45,060 nucleotides of DNA, taken from assembly GCA_030591685.1 (NCBI GenBank), contig JAUVAX010000017.1, positions 1-45,060 of the forward strand, read 5' to 3'. The notes under the pieces were generated by a model. The model was not told where the DNA came from and ran no database searches. It was given only the letters and a program-made list of their open reading frames with translations. Origin of the DNA: Pseudobdellovibrionaceae bacterium. Its GTDB lineage: Bacteria; Bdellovibrionota; Bdellovibrionia; Bdellovibrionales; UBA1609. The translations under genes and the position numbers were made by a program. Below, piece after piece: positions 1 through 9,558 of this stretch. Positions within the stretch are counted from its first letter, which is position 1, and the number at the start of each line of letters is the position of its first letter.

Positions 1-214
1 ATTATCTTGATATTTCAGAGCAGGCCTATAGGTTTAATTTTTATGAAATAAAAAAAAGCGATGTAAAGAGGTTTCACGGGTTAAATGAACGGGTTAAAGT
101 CGCAGACTATTTAAGTATGATACAGTTTTATATAAAGTTGTTTTCTATAAAAAAAATATAAAACAATAATCGTGCTGCTGATTTACTCTAAACCTATAAG
201 TAGATTTTGTGCGG

Positions 215-2377
215 TCATTTCAAAATAAAAAGCGGGTTACCGTAATATATTTTTTTTATTTTTGGAGGGATCGTTATTTTTTTAATATAAATGTTGTCGT
301 CGTCATTTAATGGTCTTGGGCTGTGATTATAAACCCATTCGGGTGGGATTATTTTGTAGATGTACTCATCGTTTTTTATTTTTGATCTAATGACTCGATC
401 ACCTGAGGTGCCAACCCATCGAGGTAAGCCCCAGGGTAAATCTACTCTGGGGATAGAGATAAGGGCTTCTGAAAACTCCATCTCTGATCGAGTCCAAGTT
501 TTTGTCTGAAGGACCTTGTTAAAAGCCTGCTGATACTTTGTGGGTAAAAAATCTATGCCATGTGTAATGCTCATATCGACAAAAGAACGTTTATTTAATG
601 AAACCACCGGTATGTTATAGTTATCTAATAGGCCGTCATTTAAAAGTGATTCGGCACAGGGCCCGAGTACAAAAATTAATTTAATATTAAATTTATTGTT
701 TGAGTTTTTGATGAGTTTCTCCCAGACAGCACGCCTCCAGGGTTGAGTCAGGTATATCAGCGAGTCCATTTTGTCCTGGCTTAGCCCTAGAGTGTCAAAG
801 GGGAGTGTTCTAAGGATCGTGTAGTTAGTCCCTGCTTTTATGCTATATAAAAGGCTTTGTAGCCGTTGACCCTCAAAACCAGTGAGGGCTCGACCTGAAA
901 AGGTATCATCGTGGGATTGTTGGTCGGCCAGTATTAACACTTCAGTTTGATGGGGGCGCCCACGATAAAAAGATTTTGACCCATTAGAGCGAGCTGAAGT
1001 ATTAACTAAGAGCAAAGATGTTTCACTGTGGGGTTTAAATACATCCCTATCAGGGGAGGGGACATCATGACGAGCTCCTGTGAACACTTCGGCCCAATAG
1101 GCTCCAGGGCCTCGATCAAACTTTAAGAAGCCAATTTTTGAAGGCTCCCAAGGGACATTTTTAAATATATGATCTGAAGCATCGGCAAAGGGTGTTGGTT
1201 TTTCAAAATAGGATTTGTACATATCTTTAGTTGAAAACTTAAAAGAACCATTTTGTTTTGAACCAAAACTAATAAAAAGTCGACCGCTATTTTTTGAACG
1301 AGGAGTGAAGCTCTCTTGAGTGGTGAGTGTCTCTGGCCCGCTGGCCAGTTGAGTTACCCCAAAACTATAATCTTTGAGAGGTATTGGACTTTTAGTTAAC
1401 CTAAAGGGGTGGCCTAAGACAAAATCAGATTTATTTTTCAGAGTCATGGACCAAGTGCTGTCGTAAGTATGCCACTTTTTTAATAATGAAATTGTGCGCT
1501 TGATTTTTAACTCATAATCTACGACCCCTGGTGAGTGAGCCGGCCATGATAAAAAATGAATAACCTTAAGCTTCTCTGAGAAAGGGTTTATGAAAACACC
1601 CTTGTCGCCTCTAAAACTACAATCGTTAAGGTTCACGCCATATTGATAAGGCGTAATAAGTGATATTTTATTTTTTTTAGCAAACTGTTGAGCAGATAGT
1701 TTTGACACAGCACTTGGGCACTTTAGCCCCTTAGATGTGAGGTATGTTGCAAGGCTATCAGAAGCCGAACGACCAATAGTGATAATGAGTTCAAGCGAAC
1801 CCTTGTTGGACTGAGCAATGTGGTCTACTAGCTTATGTCTCCATTTAACAAGTGGGCTTAGAGGGTTTTGGGCCAGCTGATACATCTTATGATCAACAAA
1901 ATTAACACTGACTGATTTAGCCCCCAGTTGAATGGTTACTGGCTTTGAGTAGGGCTCCGTGAGGGGGTATGAAAATGCGTTAATGAGTAAATAGTTGGAT
2001 TCATACCCCAGGTAATTAATTAAACTTTGCGCATATCCCCCAAGGCTCGAGCTAAAGGCACGGTGAGTGACTTGGGAGCTACGATTAGGGGCTGGCCCTA
2101 TGATTAATACTTTAACCTGATTTTGGCCCAACTGACCACGATAAAAAGTGGGGCCGTACTCCCAACTAAAGGACTCTCGGCCCATAGTAGCCATGGAGAG
2201 GGCTCTGTAGTTCGGCGAGGTCGAGAAAATCCGAGCATACTCAGCGCCTACAGTAGTTCGAGGATCCGGTCCGATGTCATGATCAGATAAAAGGCCCCTT
2301 TGATCACCGTAAACTAAAAGTGAGGTGGCTACTACTGATAGTAAAGTAAAAATAAATTTAGTCGTGCAATTAAGCAT
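215..2377 (-). CDS. Secreted protein with two tandem uracil-DNA glycosylase (UDG superfamily)-like domains
   Basis: Internal duplication: FYRGQLGQNQVKVLIIGPAP..HRAFSSSLGGYAQSLINYLG..NYLLINAF versus FYRGRPHQTEVLILADQQ..GRALTGFEGQRLQSLLYSI..NYTILRTL, resembling the UDG family-4-like motif A region. Start moved from GTG 2395 to ATG 2377 (GGAGAG upstream); hydrophobic N-terminus. Confidence 0.65.
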   Translation of the reverse strand: MLNCTTKFIFTLLSVVATSLLVYGDQRGLLSDHDIGPDPRTTVGAEYARIFSTSPNYRALSMATMGRESFSWEYGPTFYRGQLGQNQVKVLIIGPAPNRSSQVTHRAFSSSLGGYAQSLINYLGYESNYLLINAFSYPLTEPYSKPVTIQLGAKSVSVNFVDHKMYQLAQNPLSPLVKWRHKLVDHIAQSNKGSLELIITIGRSASDSLATYLTSKGLKCPSAVSKLSAQQFAKKNKISLITPYQYGVNLNDCSFRGDKGVFINPFSEKLKVIHFLSWPAHSPGVVDYELKIKRTISLLKKWHTYDSTWSMTLKNKSDFVLGHPFRLTKSPIPLKDYSFGVTQLASGPETLTTQESFTPRSKNSGRLFISFGSKQNGSFKFSTKDMYKSYFEKPTPFADASDHIFKNVPWEPSKIGFLKFDRGPGAYWAEVFTGARHDVPSPDRDVFKPHSETSLLLVNTSARSNGSKSFYRGRPHQTEVLILADQQSHDDTFSGRALTGFEGQRLQSLLYSIKAGTNYTILRTLPFDTLGLSQDKMDSLIYLTQPWRRAVWEKLIKNSNNKFNIKLIFVLGPCAESLLNDGLLDNYNIPVVSLNKRSFVDMSITHGIDFLPTKYQQAFNKVLQTKTWTRSEMEFSEALISIPRVDLPWGLPRWVGTSGDRVIRSKIKNDEYIYKIIPPEWVYNHSPRPLNDDDNIYIKKITIPPKIKKIYYGNPLFILK

Positions 2378-2663
2378 AAACTCTCCGTAAATCACTCTAC
2401 TGAACTTAAAATAGAGGAGTGCCCTTTTGCAACTCTTCTCGTCATAATTGCAAAATTTTCGGACAGGTTTATGCTTTTGCTGGGTTAAGAGATGGTTAGG
2501 CTTAATGCCAGGTATGAGTGATTATTAGTTTTTGCCTCTTAAAAAGTGTTAAAAACCAACAATCATAGGCCCATCTGCACCATAAGGGTCATAGTTTGAT
2601 TCTATTGGTGGTGGAGCCAAAATCACCCAAGTATTTGAGTCATTACAGGGTAATAAAGAAACA

Positions 2664-3368
2664 CTATTTATCGTAATCAGAGTTGAGATTAAGACCTTTT
2701 TCGTAGTGTTTATTCATTTTAACGTGCGAGCGAGAGAAGTAAAAAAGCCACTTTAAGTACTGATTTTTAAGAGCTTGTTTAAAAAAACCATTTTTCTCAA
2801 AGCGTATGGCTGATGTGGTCGAATAAGCGGGGAGTATTAGGGGGGGGGAGAGCTTTCGTAACTTTAAACTCAACTCGGTGTCCTCAAAAATATCTACTTC
2901 AGGCATAAGTGGGCCATAAGTGATCAATTTCTTATTTAAAAATATACAGTGATCCAGGTAAACAATGCCCCTAAGTTTAGCTCGAATCTCATTTGAGTAC
3001 CAGGATGTAAATTTATATAAAAAATGGGCGTGATCAAATTTATGTGTAAACCCGCCCCACACCATCTGATCTTTAAGCATTAAAAGCTGACTAATAGCAT
3101 GAGTATCAAGAAGGCTTCTTGGGTGGTGAAGCAGTACTAGGTTATGAGAGGCCTCTAAAAACCCGGCATTGAGGCTGGCCGCTCGGGCGTGGGATTTAAT
3201 ATTTAAAATTTTACAATTAAAAGACTCCGCAATTTTAAGTGTGGCATCAGTACTGCCCCTGTCGGCCACAATAAGCTCTATATCAGTAGAAGGGCTCAAG
3301 CGCTCTAGTGTGATTTTAAGAGTCCCTGAAGACTCTTCATTAAAGGTGGGTATAACTACAGAAATCAT
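2664..3368 (-). CDS. Glycosyltransferase family 2 (TIGR04283-like)
   Basis: ISVVIPTFNEE, IVADRGSTDAT, RAASLNAG, FEDTELS, TSAIRF motifs. Confidence 0.85.
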   Translation of the reverse strand: MISVVIPTFNEESSGTLKITLERLSPSTDIELIVADRGSTDATLKIAESFNCKILNIKSHARAASLNAGFLEASHNLVLLHHPRSLLDTHAISQLLMLKDQMVWGGFTHKFDHAHFLYKFTSWYSNEIRAKLRGIVYLDHCIFLNKKLITYGPLMPEVDIFEDTELSLKLRKLSPPLILPAYSTTSAIRFEKNGFFKQALKNQYLKWLFYFSRSHVKMNKHYEKGLNLNSDYDK

Positions 3369-3551
3369 AAAGCGATTCTATGTGAAACGCTCTGGAACAT
3401 CAACATTTTTAGCCCAGTGATCTCAAGAATTAACTAAGTATCTAAGAATACATATGAATCGGTAATTAAGCTTAAATTGCTAGAAATATTTTAATTTGCA
3501 ACTCCTTTAGTCGATTAGACTTTAATCAAAGCTTAATTAAGGTGAAATAAT

Positions 3552-5300
3552 ATGAGAAATAAGTGGTTTCAATTTATGGGTGTATTGCTCGTTGGTGTAA
3601 TCGTCGTTGCTTACTCGGTTATTATAGGTGTTGGTGATTCGGATACAGCTATACAAAGTAAAGTGCTCACCAGTACTGAGAACAATCAAATAGCTGAAAA
3701 CCAAGCCGAAATGAAGCAGCTTAAAAGCCTTATAGAGGAGGCCTTAGTTTGGAGAGTCATGGCACGCTCCTCTTATGAAGAAATCAAACCCTTTCTTAAT
3801 GGAAACACCAGTATCCCTCAGGAGGTACAAAATGCCATTGTTAAGGAGTCTTTGGGGTATTTGAAATTACGTAAAAAAATTATGTCATTAGCAGTAAAAT
3901 ACAAAAAATACTTAACAGGCTATAGACTTAAGCTGTCTTTAAATAAGAAATCAGGAATTGTCTCAGAGTCTGTTAAAGAACTTGACCATGGTAATTACAA
4001 TGGGAAAGGGCGAAACAGAAAACATAAAGACACTCTAGTTATTAACCCGCTCGATGAGAAGGGCCAACAGTACATAAGAAGTTTAAAAATTTCATTGTCA
4101 GCAGCATTGGTCTTATATGATAACTTTTTAGTGGGAGTGTTTCCCTATGCTGATAATAAAATTGTACGAAAAAAAATTAACCAAGACAATCTGGAGCTTA
4201 AGGGGGCGCTTGGTGATATTGAGGACAGCTACTATGCTTGGGGACCAAGACTTCTTGTGGAGGACGCCATTGGACTCTTTGAAGAAGAACAAAAATTCTT
4301 AAAAACAAAGCTAGGCCAAACTCTTGTGATGAGTGAGGATGCCAGGTATTTAAATACTCTTATTAGTTCGAGTTTATCTTATGAGGAGCTGAGAGATATA
4401 AGTATTATTAAGGTCTGGTGGAGTCGATTTGTAAAACGACACGATCAAAGAATGGACGTCTATAGAGGGGTAAAAATAGAGTCTACAAACGCTATTAGTA
4501 AGCTTTTTGGTAACTCTATGGGTATTTTTGAGTCCAGAAAAGGGTTTCTCTATAGCAATGAGGAACTTTCTGCAAATATACAAGCCCAACTCAAACCTCT
4601 TGATATACTTTTAGAGAAGACACCTTTTAGGCTTACAGATTCATTTATACCAGGTCACTGGGGCCATGTCGCCATATGGGTGGGGAGTGAAGAGGAGCTT
4701 AAGGCCATTAAGAAAAATGGAGTTTCGGCTTGGGACGCTTTAGGTGCCAACTTTGGCAATAAAGGCCCTGAGATGCAAGAGAGCATAGCCACCAATCACC
4801 GTATTGTAGAGGCCCTCAGACCAGGAGTTATGATTAATACATTAAATCATTTTTTAAACATTGATGACTTAGGTGTTATGAGAAGAAGTGCCAGCAATAA
4901 CCTGACTGATGCGCAAAAATTTGACTACCTTATGCTTGCTTTTAAGCAAGTCGGTAAAGAGTACGATTTTAATTTTGATGTAAACACAGATGACAAAATA
5001 GTTTGCTCTGAACTTATTTATAAAGTTTACCCTCATGATGCTTGGCCAACAACAGAGTCCATAAACCGCTGGACGATTTCTCCGGACAACGTTGTTGAAC
5101 TTGCTGTGGAGCGCGAGGGAGAGGGTTATCAGTACGACATACCTCTGCTCTACTCAGCAGGGTTAGAAATATCCGGTGATTCAGAGCATAAAAGAGAGAA
5201 AATGAAGCGGTTGCTACTGTATAGCTATGAAGATCAGGTCGCAATATTAACAAAAAAAACCAAACCTATAAAAACAGCGGTGATCAATGAACATAAGTAA
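3552..5300 (+). CDS. Membrane-anchored or secreted permuted papain-like NlpC/P60 enzyme (YiiX/YebB family)
   Basis: LKPLDILLEKTPFRLTD, GHWGHVAIW (His), IVEAL, GKEYDFNF, IVCSEL (Cys after His, permuted order); N-terminal hydrophobic segment. Confidence 0.8.
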   Translation: MRNKWFQFMGVLLVGVIVVAYSVIIGVGDSDTAIQSKVLTSTENNQIAENQAEMKQLKSLIEEALVWRVMARSSYEEIKPFLNGNTSIPQEVQNAIVKESLGYLKLRKKIMSLAVKYKKYLTGYRLKLSLNKKSGIVSESVKELDHGNYNGKGRNRKHKDTLVINPLDEKGQQYIRSLKISLSAALVLYDNFLVGVFPYADNKIVRKKINQDNLELKGALGDIEDSYYAWGPRLLVEDAIGLFEEEQKFLKTKLGQTLVMSEDARYLNTLISSSLSYEELRDISIIKVWWSRFVKRHDQRMDVYRGVKIESTNAISKLFGNSMGIFESRKGFLYSNEELSANIQAQLKPLDILLEKTPFRLTDSFIPGHWGHVAIWVGSEEELKAIKKNGVSAWDALGANFGNKGPEMQESIATNHRIVEALRPGVMINTLNHFLNIDDLGVMRRSASNNLTDAQKFDYLMLAFKQVGKEYDFNFDVNTDDKIVCSELIYKVYPHDAWPTTESINRWTISPDNVVELAVEREGEGYQYDIPLLYSAGLEISGDSEHKREKMKRLLLYSYEDQVAILTKKTKPIKTAVINEHK

Positions 5301-6456
5301 ATATTTAGCTGCGGCGAGTTTTATATTATTAATAGTTTCTTGTCAGTCATCTGAAAAGCCTTACCAAACGACAAGGGGACCTAGCTCTGAGGGTGAACTG
5401 CCTATTAAGTTTTCTCAAGCTCAAATAAGTATGATGAAGGATATGTTTTTAGCAGATCAAGTGCCAGGCACCCAAAAATTAAAAGTCACTACTGAGTTTC
5501 GCTCGGACTATAAAAATAAGGATTTTATTAAAAGAGCTAAAAACGCTATAAAACGCTCTATGATGAAGACCTTTCAAGCGGAAAACCCAAGTCGTGATGA
5601 GGATAATGATAAAAATAAAGACGATTTTTCAAGCCGCTTAAAGGAAAACCTAATAAAGGCACTAATGTCAGAATTTGTATTTAATTTAAAATTTTACAAG
5701 CTCATAAATGGTAATATATCGTTTAGCGTATTTTTGCTCCCAGAGCCAGTGGACAGTGATAATTTATTTAACGAGTACAATAATAATAACTTTGTAGATT
5801 TAAATCACTTTTCTGATTTCTCTGACATTGGTAAAGAGGCAGGGGGAATTATAAATGCCCTAAATTTAAAGTACTCTGAGCCGGGTGAGTATGTTGATGG
5901 TTATAAATATTTAGGGGGTGCTATTTTTTTGAATGTTAATTTTGTAGACCTTGGCGTTCTTAAAAAAGAAATTTTAAATGGTGAAATTGTTTACAGAAAG
6001 TACTACCGAGCCAGTGACGAGAGGTACCCTGTTAATTATGTGGCTTTGAAAACTAAACTCAAAGACGCTGCCTTTACGGGGGTGAAAACGGTAACAGTAG
6101 ACATCACTAAAGAGTTTAACCTTGCAGAGACCACGCCTAAATTAAAAGACATGCAGATCCATTTTGGTGGGCTTATGTATCATGGCAAAAGAGATTATAG
6201 CTCTAAGCTGCAAATATATGACTCTAATAATCGCGCGGTTATTGATATAAACGCACTTAATTATAACTTTGAAAGCAAGGTGTTTGATTTGGCCCGGTCA
6301 AGAACAAGGGAGACCGTAAAGTCTACAGGGGGAGGTCGAGGCTCTGGAAAGCCAATTCGGAGAAATCGTACGCCAAAATTATCAGATTTATTAAAAAATA
6401 ATAAAGACAAATTTATAGAGGCTTTACATTTAAAGAGGTTTTGGAATGAAATATAG
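5287..6456 (+). CDS. Lipoprotein of unknown function
   Basis: Lipobox IVSC at Cys19; overlaps both neighbours, consistent with an operon. Confidence 0.75.
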   Translation: MNISKYLAAASFILLIVSCQSSEKPYQTTRGPSSEGELPIKFSQAQISMMKDMFLADQVPGTQKLKVTTEFRSDYKNKDFIKRAKNAIKRSMMKTFQAENPSRDEDNDKNKDDFSSRLKENLIKALMSEFVFNLKFYKLINGNISFSVFLLPEPVDSDNLFNEYNNNNFVDLNHFSDFSDIGKEAGGIINALNLKYSEPGEYVDGYKYLGGAIFLNVNFVDLGVLKKEILNGEIVYRKYYRASDERYPVNYVALKTKLKDAAFTGVKTVTVDITKEFNLAETTPKLKDMQIHFGGLMYHGKRDYSSKLQIYDSNNRAVIDINALNYNFESKVFDLARSRTRETVKSTGGGRGSGKPIRRNRTPKLSDLLKNNKDKFIEALHLKRFWNEI

Positions 6457-8572
6457 CGCACTGTTAGTTATTTTTGTGACTCTGCCACTTTTTGCAAAAT
6501 TTGATGTTCAAGATCGAATTTTAGCTCAAGAAGTGTTGTATGATAATTATGAGGCTGTATTTGGTGACTCTAAGTATGCGCGGATCGACGAGTTTAAGAA
6601 ACATGTGAGGTCTTTAAAGCGCTCCAAAAAAAAATCAGTGAGTAAGTACTTAATGGCATTACAAGATAAGGTGCCCGTTAAATTTTTAATGCCTATGGTT
6701 TACTGGAAGGTTATAGATCCGAACAATGAAAAGCTAAGGCAGGTTTTTAAACTTTTTATGAGTTACCGGTTGAATGTATTAAGAGATGTCATCGATGACC
6801 CTCTTGAAACCAAAGACAAAAAAGTGAGGGCGTTGGCACTGCTTAGAACAATTTTAAACTCTCAAGTAGTAACAAGTAATAATATTTCGACTCAATCAAA
6901 GGGCCCTATAAAACGAGCCTCCTCAAGGCTTGCAAACGCTCAAGGCCGCTCATCTTTTATTAATGGGGTCTTGTCTGAACCATTGATAAGCACCCCCATT
7001 TCACATGTTGAAACTAAATCATTAAGCTGGTTAGGGTATATACCTGGTAACAAGGTAGAGCATATTAGCAAAAATGACGTGAGTGTGATGCGTATAGAGT
7101 GGATAAATGAAAACGTCATATTTAATAATTTAAATAGGGGTATTGAATGGGATAAGCCCCATTTTAAAATGCCCGAGAGTGTGAGCGCAATAGGCAACCC
7201 TGTGTTTAAAGACCCTGTGTTTGCTCGTATTAGGGATATGGTCCGCGACGCTAAAGAGTCAATTTTTATAGATATATTTTTGTTCGGCGGCACAATGGGT
7301 GCCACCCTATCAAAGTACATTGTTGAGAAAACAATTAGTGAAAATAAGAAAAACAATAAATTTAAAACACTAATACTTCACGATTTTGCCACTAATTATA
7401 ATATGAAGCCCGAGATGATGCCTATATTTAATTATTTGCGAGATGAAATTAAGGGAAATGAGTACTTAAAGTCATGCCAGTGCTTGATACTTTTACAGGC
7501 AAATATTCAGAGGCACACTCCGGGAGTACCTTTTGGACTATCAAACCTTGTACCTAAAACTAAAGAAGCTTTTGAAATGATTGAGCAAAAAAATACTTAT
7601 TATGAGTCTAAAATTGACCACTCAAAAGTTATTGTTGTGGATGCAAAATCAGACAGGCCGAAGGCTTACTTTGGCTCAAAAAATTGGTCTGACCATAGTG
7701 GGGCCTATTATTATGATGATGTTATGTATGTAGAGGGGCCTGGGGCTGCTCTTGTACAGTCCTCTTACTACTACGATGTAGAGGCGGCTTTAACAACAGA
7801 TGCTTTTGAAAAAAGCAGGTTTTTCTTTAGAAGTCAGGGGTTCTCAAATGACCACTACTTGGCAAGAAGTTCAGAAATTTTAGACTTCATGAAGATTAAG
7901 AGGAAATACTACCCTGCTGTTGGCAATCAAGTGGTGAGATTTGCAGAATCAAATGTGGATGGCACGGTAAAGAATGTACGTAATATGATAATAAATATGA
8001 TTGAAAAAGCAGAGAGTTATATTTATATGGAGCAGTTATTTATTTACGATAAGTATATAAATGACGCCCTTATAAAGAAAAGGAAAACTCACCCTAAAGT
8101 AGAGATACGTATTCTCGCCGACCATAATGGAAATTTTGAAATGAATGGGTTTCCGAACACCATGTTTATAGCTGAGTTGCAAGCTGTAGAGGTTAACGTT
8201 CGTGCATGGAGAACAGAGCACAGCGAGGCAACCTTTCCTGACGGCACCAAAAGAATGTATCACCAGGAGAACCATAGAAAGATCTCATCAGTGGATGGAA
8301 AGATAATGATGGTGGGGTCCTCAAACATGAACCCCGACACCTTTCAGGGAAGCTTTAGAGAGTTTGGTGCCCAGGTTTATGACACTGTTGAAATTGAAAA
8401 ATTTGAATCACGATTTAAATCAGCCTGGAGTGACAGTGATAAGACTGAGAAGTTTGTAGTGAAAAATATGAAGGTCAAAGGCCATGAGTTTTCTAAAGAG
8501 TTAACAGAGCTGTTTAATAGCTTTATTCGCCAGCTTGTTAGAATTAAAGATGATCTGGAAAAACGCCATTAG
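6446..8572 (+). CDS. Secreted phospholipase D superfamily protein
   Basis: Two HKD motifs: HSKVIVVD..GSKN and HRKISSVD..GSSN; signal peptide MKYSALLVIFVTLPLFA. Confidence 0.9.
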   Translation: MKYSALLVIFVTLPLFAKFDVQDRILAQEVLYDNYEAVFGDSKYARIDEFKKHVRSLKRSKKKSVSKYLMALQDKVPVKFLMPMVYWKVIDPNNEKLRQVFKLFMSYRLNVLRDVIDDPLETKDKKVRALALLRTILNSQVVTSNNISTQSKGPIKRASSRLANAQGRSSFINGVLSEPLISTPISHVETKSLSWLGYIPGNKVEHISKNDVSVMRIEWINENVIFNNLNRGIEWDKPHFKMPESVSAIGNPVFKDPVFARIRDMVRDAKESIFIDIFLFGGTMGATLSKYIVEKTISENKKNNKFKTLILHDFATNYNMKPEMMPIFNYLRDEIKGNEYLKSCQCLILLQANIQRHTPGVPFGLSNLVPKTKEAFEMIEQKNTYYESKIDHSKVIVVDAKSDRPKAYFGSKNWSDHSGAYYYDDVMYVEGPGAALVQSSYYYDVEAALTTDAFEKSRFFFRSQGFSNDHYLARSSEILDFMKIKRKYYPAVGNQVVRFAESNVDGTVKNVRNMIINMIEKAESYIYMEQLFIYDKYINDALIKKRKTHPKVEIRILADHNGNFEMNGFPNTMFIAELQAVEVNVRAWRTEHSEATFPDGTKRMYHQENHRKISSVDGKIMMVGSSNMNPDTFQGSFREFGAQVYDTVEIEKFESRFKSAWSDSDKTEKFVVKNMKVKGHEFSKELTELFNSFIRQLVRIKDDLEKRH

Positions 8573-8827
8573 TCGGTTGCCGCACACCAAATGCCGGCAA
8601 AGTACAGAGTACTTATTGAAAAACCTAAGGTACTATCTGAGGCCAAATCAGCACCAACTGGTCTCATTTAGAGACATAAAAATAATTATTTCACTTCATG
8701 AGTTATCGGTGAATAAGAGCAGAGTAAATGATTACACTTTTTTAAAGTAAACTGTCTATTTTTAAACTGACAGGTGTCAATGAGGTGATCACTTTAAGGG
8801 CTCAGCTCGAACAGACAAAGGCCTCAC

Positions 8828-8844
8828 TTGGCACCCCTTTCGCA
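8828..8844 (+). promoter_or_regulatory. sigma54 (-24/-12) promoter for the 8875 gene
   Basis: TTGGCACCCCTTTCGCA versus consensus TGGCAC-N5-TTGCW, exact GG-N10-GC spacing; about 30 nt before the GTG with an AGGGGG RBS between. Confidence 0.65.
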
Positions 8845-8874
8845 ACATAAGTAGGTATAACAGGGGGTTATGTT

Positions 8875-9513
8875 GTGGACCATAAAGATGATGATAATGT
8901 GATTCAGTTTCCGAAAATAAAAAAGCGTAAAAATCAGACTTCTGGAAAGGTTGTTTACGCCTTGGAGCAAAATAAAGTGATGATTTCGGGCTCGTTAATA
9001 TCAATTTTGATAGTCATGTCATTTTTTAGCAATAGTTTTTATAAACAGAACCCTGAGAAACAACATAGAAGCTTAGCCTCAACGAGTGAAACAAACAGGG
9101 ATACTCAGTGGGAGCACAAGTTAGCAAAAAAACTATCTTTAGTTAAAATGAGAGAACTTGCGAGTATGGGCAAACCGCCGAGTCACCTAGATGTATTAAA
9201 GTACGAGGAACTTCAAGGTAAATATATTGTTCGTATAGGCAGAGAGGACAATAAAATTAAAGAAATTATATTTGCCAACTCAATTTCAATTAGTGAAAGG
9301 CCAAAGATGCTTAAAGACCGAGTGGGATTTATTCAAAACCACAAGGTGCTCTTCCCTGAATATGATGAGGTTGTTCCTGTTAAAATTCATGATGACCGAT
9401 CTGGAGAGACATACCAGCTACAAAGGAACAGTAAGAACATCGCCACTGTGGACTTTAGGCTAGATAAGTATGGACATCTATTGCAAATGAACGTCCAGAA
9501 GAGCACTTACTAG
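8875..9513 (+). CDS. Single-pass membrane protein of unknown function
   Basis: 212 aa; GTG start with AGGGGG RBS; N-terminal DNVIQFPK, one TM segment, then a soluble domain. Confidence 0.75.
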   Translation: MDHKDDDNVIQFPKIKKRKNQTSGKVVYALEQNKVMISGSLISILIVMSFFSNSFYKQNPEKQHRSLASTSETNRDTQWEHKLAKKLSLVKMRELASMGKPPSHLDVLKYEELQGKYIVRIGREDNKIKEIIFANSISISERPKMLKDRVGFIQNHKVLFPEYDEVVPVKIHDDRSGETYQLQRNSKNIATVDFRLDKYGHLLQMNVQKSTY

Positions 9514-9558
9514 TGCGAAGAGTTTTATAAATGACCGGCTTTTATCCGATATATACTC

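Noticed and set aside
76..98. Direct repeat ACGGGTTAAA x2, 13 bp apart
   Set aside because: Only two copies and the gene it could regulate lies outside the window
8703..8710. sigma28-like ACCGATAA on the minus strand followed by ATG
   Set aside because: Leads only to ATG AAG TGA; no gene supported
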